Assembly: GCA_027923505.1 (NCBI GenBank)
Contig: BROI01000025.1
Coordinates: 1-64,000, forward strand
Source of the DNA: Mayamaea pseudoterrestris
Lineage: Eukaryota
Length of the DNA stretch: 64,000 nucleotides
Direction: 5' to 3'
A program made the translations under genes and the position numbers. The notes beneath the pieces are model-generated. The model did not search any database and was not told the origin of the DNA. It saw nothing but the letters and a program-made list of their open reading frames with translations. Shown here piece after piece: positions 58,062 to 64,000 of this stretch. The first letter of the stretch is position 1. Every line of letters begins with the position of its first letter.

Positions 58062-58838
58062 CTACAAAGCAAATGCTCCAAATACCAGTAACGCAGTCAT
58101 TGCAGATAATTTAAACACCATGGTTGCCGCTGCACTTGATCCAGTCGTCGGCTTGCCTGTATCATCGCACGAATCGTATGCGCACTGCTCCCCCGCTAAA
58201 TTGTCACCTTGACACTGCAGAAACGTAAAGAGCTCATCGTTACAGACCGATCCACAATCTTGGTAGCACTCACTCGCAACGTTGCATGCATAGTCACTCG
58301 CGGCAACGCAGTCGCCACTCGATGGAAGCGCGTTCGCTCCAATGCATGCGTCACACGTTCCCGTGTTGGAAGGCGACGCCGCACTGTTTCCAGAATTGGC
58401 AGACAAGCAGCTCACCACCTTGTTGTAGTAGACGGAGCATGTATTGTTTTGCAACTGCTCCGGTGTGCCACTATCTGGCGGAGCACTGCAGTCTTGGGGA
58501 CATCCTGGAAAGAAGGTTTCCGACGTGCAGAATCCAAAGGCTTCAATCTTGTCGATGCAAGCATCGCCACATGTTTCCTTGCACACGTCTGCCAGCGTGC
58601 AGACAAAGTTGTAGTTGACGGTGCAGTCGAGTGAGGTTGTGGAAGGTGTTTGGTCTCCCAAACATGCGACGCAGAGTTGGGCGTCAAATTCCGTGTTGTT
58701 ATTGCTGCTGCTGACGGCAACAACGTTTCCAGTGAGACACTCCTGCATGTCTCCAAGCTCCGTTTCACATAGCGAATGAGCCAATGGTAGAAGGCTGGCT
58801 AGAATAAGGACGGAAAACAAGATGGATCGAAGCGACAT
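58062..58838 (-). CDS. Secreted Cys-rich protein with two internal repeats and a probable GPI-anchor signal
   Basis: Signal peptide; two C..C/C...C...C blocks; C-terminal GSSAA followed by a hydrophobic tail. Confidence 0.75.
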   Translation of the reverse strand: MSLRSILFSVLILASLLPLAHSLCETELGDMQECLTGNVVAVSSSNNNTEFDAQLCVACLGDQTPSTTSLDCTVNYNFVCTLADVCKETCGDACIDKIEAFGFCTSETFFPGCPQDCSAPPDSGTPEQLQNNTCSVYYNKVVSCLSANSGNSAASPSNTGTCDACIGANALPSSGDCVAASDYACNVASECYQDCGSVCNDELFTFLQCQGDNLAGEQCAYDSCDDTGKPTTGSSAAATMVFKLSAMTALLVFGAFAL

Positions 58839-59244
58839 GTTGAAGGTTGTGTAGGTGAAGTCGCAAGTATGTTGTAATTGAGGGATGATCAGCGGTCATT
58901 CGTCATGGTCATTTTCGCGATCAGATCTTGGCACGACCCACAACGATCGGCGGCAGATGGTTCATGTGAGTCATATTTATCGTAGTGGTACTCATGATAA
59001 ATAATTTTTCTCGTTTTCATCAGCGTCTGGGTTTGAGTGTTGACGGTTAAAATGCCTGGTAAACTGAACGCTTATGAGTCATAGGTGAGTCTTCTCCGAC
59101 TGTCACGCTCGAATGGTCGACGATCCTTTACATTTGATGCTCACAGACCATGGGCGACTAATCCATCAAGCCTTTTTTATCTTGTATTTGTAAATTGTTT
59201 CAGCAATCCTTGATTCTACGTAAAATTTAGATTGCTGAGATACC

Positions 59245-62200
59245 ATGGCGTCGCCAGCATCATCATGCCGATCGTACGTAATTCGCTTTGCTTCCTTCTT
59301 GTTCCTGAACCAGATACAACTATGTAGATGCACATCACTAACGCAGGTTACTCTATTACTTGACAGCGTCCTGGACTACGATACAGAAGCCTCCTTGCGT
59401 CGGGCTCTCTTGGGAGTGGATCTTACGGCATCGACTGCAGCAACGACAAGAGACGACGATGACGACGACGACGACATGAAATCCATGTCAACAACTGCCG
59501 AACACACGCCGAGTCGCGATTTGGATTGGGTGCTGCCAGCCTTTGATCCGGAGACAACCAATGTGCAGTCCATGCGGGAGGAGTTGAAGCGACTGCAGGT
59601 GCTCAAGAGTTATGCGATTCTGGGGGCCGACCGCGAGGCCGTCTTTGAACGCATCACTGGATTGGCGTCCAAATTGTTCAATGTTCCAATTGCATTGGTT
59701 AGTTTGGTTGATTTAGGTAAGTAATGAAACAAGGATGTTTATTTTCTGTTTTTATTTGCGTTGTCGTATCTTTCGTTGTTTTTCTTGACTCAATTCATAA
59801 TCACTTTGACACAGGCCGCCAATGGTTCATGAGTAACCTTGGACTACCAACTGAAGTGCGAGAAACACCGCGCAGCCAAGCCTTCTGCGCGCACGCCATT
59901 ATGCTCAAGCAAAACGTGCTGGTGGTGCCGGATGCGTCGCTGGACTTTCGGTTTCAAACCAATCCACTCGTCACAGGGCCTCCCAACATTCGCTTCTACG
60001 CCGGCGCGCCACTGATTTGTCAGGAAGGTTACAAGCTTGGAACATTGTGTATCATTAGTGATGTGGCGCGACCGCAAGGCTTGTCGAGTGAAGAGCAAGA
60101 GACGTTGATGCAAATGGCAGAGCTTGTCGTGGATGCCATGACGAACCGACGCAAGGATTTGGTGCGGAACGAAACGCCGGCGCAGCTGATTGCCTATACA
60201 GGTTCGTACAAGTGCTTGGAGATAATGCTTAGTGCGTGGCACTTTGCTTTGATGTTCTGCTCATTCCGTTCCTTCTTTCCTTAATAAACAGCCCATGACA
60301 TTATGACACCGTTAACAGCCATTCAGTTATCGCTTTCGCTGTTAAAGGATGACGAGGAAGTCACAAATAAACTCAATCCGCACCATATGGAGCTGCTAGC
60401 TACGGCATCCACATCATCGGAGTTGCTTATTCGAATTTGTCGAACGGCAATTGACGACTTGAGAACCAATCCACATGATACCATCATGTCGGATGAAGTG
60501 TTTGACTCGAGCAACGGCGAGTTGCCAGTCACAAAAATGGACGAACTAGTACGAAGTTTGCACATGCTCATGGAGCCAATACCAAAGTCCGTACCGCTAG
60601 TGATTCATTTGAGCGCTGAAGTGCCACCCATGGTGCTATGCGACGACTTGAAACTCTTTCGATCGGCGCTCAATTTACTTTCGAGTGCGGCTGGACGAAC
60701 GAAGCGAGGCGGCATACGGTTGAAAATTACACCACATAAGGGAAACACGGAGTTGCTGTTTGAATGCGAGGATACGGCCGAGAATATACCAGTAGAAGAG
60801 TATCAATATTTGTTTCAGCCGAGTGGGTCTGAAGACAGTAATTTGCGAATCTGCTTGTCGTCGGTGGCATCCTTGATTAGCTCGCTCGACGGGGAATACG
60901 GATTCCGCCCAAGAGTTGAAACCGTCTTAAAAGATGATTTAGGAGACTGGCACCAAATTGGATCAATTTTCTGGTTCAGTGTACCTCTGTTTGCGCCAGA
61001 CAGTCTTGGATTGGGCAAGCTTGATGAGTTGACGGGTCATATGCGTGCCCGATCCAAATTTGTCAACGACCGACCGCCTCGGCTATCGCCCAAGTCTCCA
61101 ATCTTGCCTCGAGTGAACTCGCATCACAGCATCTCTTCCCTTGGTGTGGGTGTGCGAGTGCCAGTCATGGTTGGTGACGTCTTGCAGGCAAAGGCGGTGG
61201 CAGATAGCTGTTTTCGGGATGTGTTTGAAGCGAGGCTCACACCTCCGCCACCTTCTAGCACAATTTCATCTGATCGCCATGGCGGGATTTCATCTATTCC
61301 CGAAAATATTGTAGTTCATGAAACGTTGGGTAGCAACCATTATATGCATAACTCCTCGCGGAATGCAACGTTTCCCACACAGACAGTTTCAGCTTCTAGC
61401 ACAAATAACGGATCCGGTGCGCCACTTTCGACAATCACAGCACGAAAATCAGCAATTGCAACCCAAAGCGACGGAACTCGGGTACACCGTGCACTTGTGG
61501 TTGACGATTCGTTAGTTATTCGAAAGAGTCTTGCCATGGCGCTGAAAAAGCTTGGTTACGAGGCTCACAGTGCGAACGACGGCTTGGAAGGATTGAACAA
61601 GATGAAGGAGATTGAATTTGACTTTGTCTTGATGGATTTTCTTATGCCAGTTATGGATGGACTTGACTGTGTTAGTCAATACCGCGCTTGGGAGAATCTG
61701 AACCGTCCAAATTCAGCCCAAATAATTGTGGGTATATCAGCACATGCTGACAATGATGTCGCCAAGCAAGGCGTTGCTGCTGGCATGGATGACTTTTTGT
61801 CCAAGCCAATAAGCATAAAAACTTTGACTGAAATAAAGGAGCGCGATTTAGTGAAGGAACGAGCCAACCAGCTCGATAAGCTTGCCAGCATCGCTATGCC
61901 ACAAAAAATGGAACAAATTGACGACAATAACACCACTCGAGGCTGGCGCAAAAGGGATTCTGGTGGAGATGAATCGATGAGCGAAAACGAGGACGAAAAT
62001 GCGAATAGTTTACTCAAGCGAGCCCGCATGGGCGATCAGGACGCAGGTGCTGCTCAATCCATATGCCTCATGGCAACCGATCACCCCAGTATGTGCTCGC
62101 CCAAACTAATCGGTCTTCTCGAGTCGGACAATTGGAAGGTTGTTGTTGTTCATGACGGTCATGATACGCTCCGCTTACTTAAGACAAGGAACTGGGATCT

Positions 62201-62462
62201 TGTTTTAATCGACGATGGCTTATCAGGCATTGACTACAACCAGTGCGTTTCGCAGTTTCGGGCGTGGGAGCACGAGAATCGCGTCAACCGACAAAGGAGC
62301 GTCTTCCTAGTGAGTTCCTACAAGATTCCACCCCTTTCAGACGGAACATCCATTGTACTAGCACCCCTTGGTTTTGACCATGTGATTCGTAGACCGATTG
62401 AGTGGAGTGATTTGCAGGAATTCCTTTCGACCGGGTGTAAAAATATGTGCATTGTGCGATAG
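59245..62462 (+). CDS. Hybrid sensor histidine kinase-like protein (GAF, HisKA, degenerate HATPase, REC, REC-like)
   Basis: GAF (RLQVLKSYAIL, FCAHAI, PNIRFYAGAPL, LGTLCI); H-box AHDIMTPL formed across intron 60202-60291; REC LVVDDS/MDFLMPVMDG/SKP. Intron 59717-59814; probable intron 59274-59366. Confidence 0.85.
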
Positions 62463-62767
62463 ACGCTTTATGAATCATTTACACCTTGCAGCAAACAAGT
62501 ATGTCAAATTTACCTTGTCGCAAATTTACACGGCATCTATAGGTATGCATTACTCATTCCAATAGATATGTCGCATGTCTCTGGCAGACGGTGGCGGTCA
62601 GGCGCAACAAAAAGTGTTCATGAGTCGTGACGTCAGTTATACTCTTTATCATAATCATTTAAACATCCTCAATGTTGTCTGCACAATTTTATTTTGACAA
62701 TTTATAGGAGCATGCTGGGCTTCACACCTGACCCGTGACACCGTGCGCGCAGCGTTTGTTACAATTG

Positions 62768-64000
62768 CTACCACTCATCGCCTTCAATCGAAGACACGGC
62801 GCTTGCGAAGCTGTCGTCAAAAGAACGATCATAATTCATGTTGAAAGGGTGCGGGTCAACTGTAGCTGCCGACGCTTCGAGACTTTGGCCCGACGTTGGT
62901 AGCTCCACCCTATTCGCGTCGACTTCATACGCAGGTAGTGATTCGTACAAACCGCAGCAAGATTGAGTCAGCAAAATGATAAATGAAGGGGGCAAGTTCA
63001 GCAGCAATGCAAGTGCATTTTCATTCTCTAGATTGTCCCTTGTGCTTGGCCATAACAACACTTGAATAAGAGCGGCGCAAGCAAGGCGATGAGGACTTGG
63101 TTTATTTCCTTCCATTTGAAGCTGCTTTTTCAACCAATCAACCAGCCATGGAGTTGCTTGGACGAGGTCTTGCCGAGTAATGCACCAAAAGCTTCGCATA
63201 AACAATTTTGCAGCAAATACTGGGTCGACACGGCCTCGAGAAGCGTCGTGAAACTCTCCATATGTGCGCACATGTAGAACGTGCTGCTCCAACAGCCAAA
63301 GAAGATGAAGCAGCGACTCGCCAAGCACAAACGTTTGTGGCGACATTGTTGAAAGGATTTGAATTTGGTCGGTTAAAAGGAAATCTTCCGCTTCGTCCAT
63401 ACTCATGCCGCACTCGCTCATTAATATATCACAACATTCAAGCGTCAATCCCTCGTTGCCGCCTAGCAGATTCGCTCCAGCTTGTAGGTTGTTAACAAGT
63501 GTGCACTGCTTTGATAATAACGCGATATCAGGTGCGAATGGTGACTTATGCAAAACCAATCTGCCGGCATGGAAACACGCTGCATTGATTACAATTTGAA
63601 GAGGAACGCCCGCCACAGGATCATTTTTGGTGTTTAATACGAGTAGGGATGGTAGCAACACATCAAAGTCGATACCAACTTGTTCTGCAGCAGGATTCAA
63701 TGCGAGCCGTACATCATTAATTATGCGACCATGCCGAGTTAGCTCGTCGTAATTACCATTCATTAATGATTCGTACATAGCGGGTAAAAGGACTTGTGCA
63801 TCGCAACCAGCATTCGCCATGCATGCACGAGCTAATTTCCAAATCCATTCCGTTGGAACACTGTGTTTGTCGTGCTCCATGTCACCGTTTATTTCTAAAA
63901 TTTCGCTGAGCTGCTGCACTACCCAAGACCGAACTTCTAATTGGCCCAACATCACATGCCTTCCATCCACCTCCAGCACAGAAAATGCCAGCCGTGTTTT
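62768..64000 (-). CDS. C-terminal part of a hypothetical alpha-helical protein; 5' end outside the window
   Basis: More than 400 open codons running off the window edge; no motif recognised. Confidence 0.65.
   Translation of the reverse strand, partial: KTRLAFSVLEVDGRHVMLGQLEVRSWVVQQLSEILEINGDMEHDKHSVPTEWIWKLARACMANAGCDAQVLLPAMYESLMNGNYDELTRHGRIINDVRLALNPAAEQVGIDFDVLLPSLLVLNTKNDPVAGVPLQIVINAACFHAGRLVLHKSPFAPDIALLSKQCTLVNNLQAGANLLGGNEGLTLECCDILMSECGMSMDEAEDFLLTDQIQILSTMSPQTFVLGESLLHLLWLLEQHVLHVRTYGEFHDASRGRVDPVFAAKLFMRSFWCITRQDLVQATPWLVDWLKKQLQMEGNKPSPHRLACAALIQVLLWPSTRDNLENENALALLLNLPPSFIILLTQSCCGLYESLPAYEVDANRVELPTSGQSLEASAATVDPHPFNMNYDRSFDDSFASAVSSIEGDEW

Overview
Eukaryotic, gene-dense window (short GT-AG introns, bipartite plastid-targeting peptides, CoDi-like Copia elements) most consistent with a pennate diatom. 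Host genes: LIN9/ALY, a SAM-type carrier, ALDH12/P5CDH, an Orai-like 4-TM protein, an MFS transporter, FAB1/PIKfyve, two tandem paralogous EF-hand-repeat type-I membrane proteins, an MBD protein, NBP35, a 2OG-Fe(II)-like oxygenase, a DUF4336-like protein, an RbfA-like protein, a Cys-rich secreted protein and a GAF hybrid histidine kinase. Five LTR-retrotransposon pieces are present: the 3' end of a Copia (1-798); a very young full-length Copia (12744-17968; identical 211-bp LTRs, ACGAG TSD) that splits a host plastid-targeting presequence and has a PBS complementary to its own LTR (Tf1-like self-priming candidate); and a composite island (~26.5-37.5 kb). The island holds a Copia fragment with an in-frame gag/pol TGA, a Copia whose PBS looks like a tRNA-Asn anticodon half and which lacks a TSD, and an integrase-less Gypsy. 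All calls come from reading motifs by eye; no database searches were run.
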